DNA of 64,000 nucleotides, taken from IMG/VR virus record IMGVR_UViG_3300042935_001404. One strand, written 5' to 3'. The DNA is from a virus (taxonomy: Duplodnaviria > Caudoviricetes). Of this stretch, positions 63,544 through 64,000 are shown piece after piece; the first letter of the stretch is position 1, and each line of letters begins with the position of its first letter. The position numbers and the translations under genes were made by a program. The notes under the pieces are model-generated. The model was not told the DNA's origin and ran no database searches. It saw nothing but the letters and a program-made list of their open reading frames with translations.

Positions 63544-64000
63544 TTTGGAAGTTTAAATTGTGTTGTTTGATTGTTTGGATCGTTGGCCTTCATAAGTGCC
63601 CATGGATCAATTTTTCCTGCGGCTGCCGCATCCCAGTGGGCGGTGTCGATATTTTTAGATCGCATATACGCAGCCAGTTTACCAACATCCACAAGCCGAT
63701 TGTGTGTGACGTACTTGTTATGGAAGTCTTCGGGATTTTTTGGATTGCCTTCAAAGTACTTTTTCTTTTTGGCATTTTCATCTGCATTATTACCAGTTAA
63801 ATCATGACGGTCGTGTGTGACATCTACTTCAATGATTTTCATTATGTCCAGCAGATAAGCCATTTGACTAACTTCAGCATCAATCAATTGATGCTTGCTA
63901 AGATAACCTGTTAGCTCTGGCCACTCTGCTGGTATAATGGGAAATATACTGTATGGATGTTCATTGTGAGTGTGTACTTTTAACAACTTGAACTCTCCAG
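63540..64000 (-). CDS. partial gene, C-terminus of probable glycosyltransferase-like protein
   Basis: frame stays open to window edge (GEFKLLKVHTHNEHPYSIFP..); pathway context. Confidence 0.45.
   Translation of the reverse strand, partial: GEFKLLKVHTHNEHPYSIFPIIPAEWPELTGYLSKHQLIDAEVSQMAYLLDIMKIIEVDVTHDRHDLTGNNADENAKKKKYFEGNPKNPEDFHNKYVTHNRLVDVGKLAAYMRSKNIDTAHWDAAAAGKIDPWALMKANDPNNQTTQFKLPK

Noticed and set aside
227-63807. Numerous 60-160 aa ORFs antisense or out-of-frame to long genes (e.g. 12816-13052, 17323-17772, 30197-30682, 50861-51190) and ORFs spanning tRNAs
   Set aside because: Shadow ORFs overlapping well-supported genes or RNAs, with no motifs or RBS
1-64000. Bacterial chromosome origin (metK, ahpC, porin, tRNAs)
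   Set aside because: No rRNA or ribosomal-protein genes; T4-type RNase H, TATAAATA motifs, many short hypothetical ORFs and tight overlaps indicate a phage
1-64000. CRISPR array
   Set aside because: No run of near-identical direct repeats with unique spacers seen; the recurring motifs in 35-50 kb are tRNA T-arms
1-64000. Alternative genetic code or suppressor tRNA
   Set aside because: Long ORFs tile the window under the standard code; no CTA, TTA or TCA anticodon found

Overview
This window comes from a large T4-like (myovirus-type) bacteriophage genome, not a cellular chromosome. The phage evidence is thyX, a T4-type RNase H, near-consensus sigma70 promoters, TATAAATA late-promoter motifs and dense gene packing. 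The likely host is a Gram-negative proteobacterium, plausibly a betaproteobacterium (inferred from the porin and Bug/TctC genes). There are four blocks. (1) 1-25.6 kb is a small-molecule/glycan tailoring island with 8 radical-SAM paralogs, a carbamoyltransferase, an amidinotransferase, a DegT aminotransferase, an NAD epimerase, and GT-like and SGNH-like paralogs. (2) 25.6-35.4 kb holds thyX, an AAA+/VWA pair, a phosphoesterase and small early genes. (3) 35.4-51 kb is a minus-strand RNA region with 25 CCA-encoding tRNAs, a circularly permuted (two-piece) tmRNA carrying a 27-residue tag, and several unnamed structured RNAs, interleaved with cargo genes (ahpC, ahpD, YccA, porin, Bug, D,D-peptidase). 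(4) 51-64 kb holds RNase H, metK, queE and a C-methyl-sugar nucleotide pathway. The most interesting candidate system is a phage translation-rescue module: the two-piece tmRNA, a basic small ORF whose stop codon lies inside tRNA-Lys (so tRNA 5' processing would leave a non-stop mRNA, as for ArfA/BrfA), and a leader-peptide attenuator upstream of the tRNA array. All calls are by manual reading; no searches were run.
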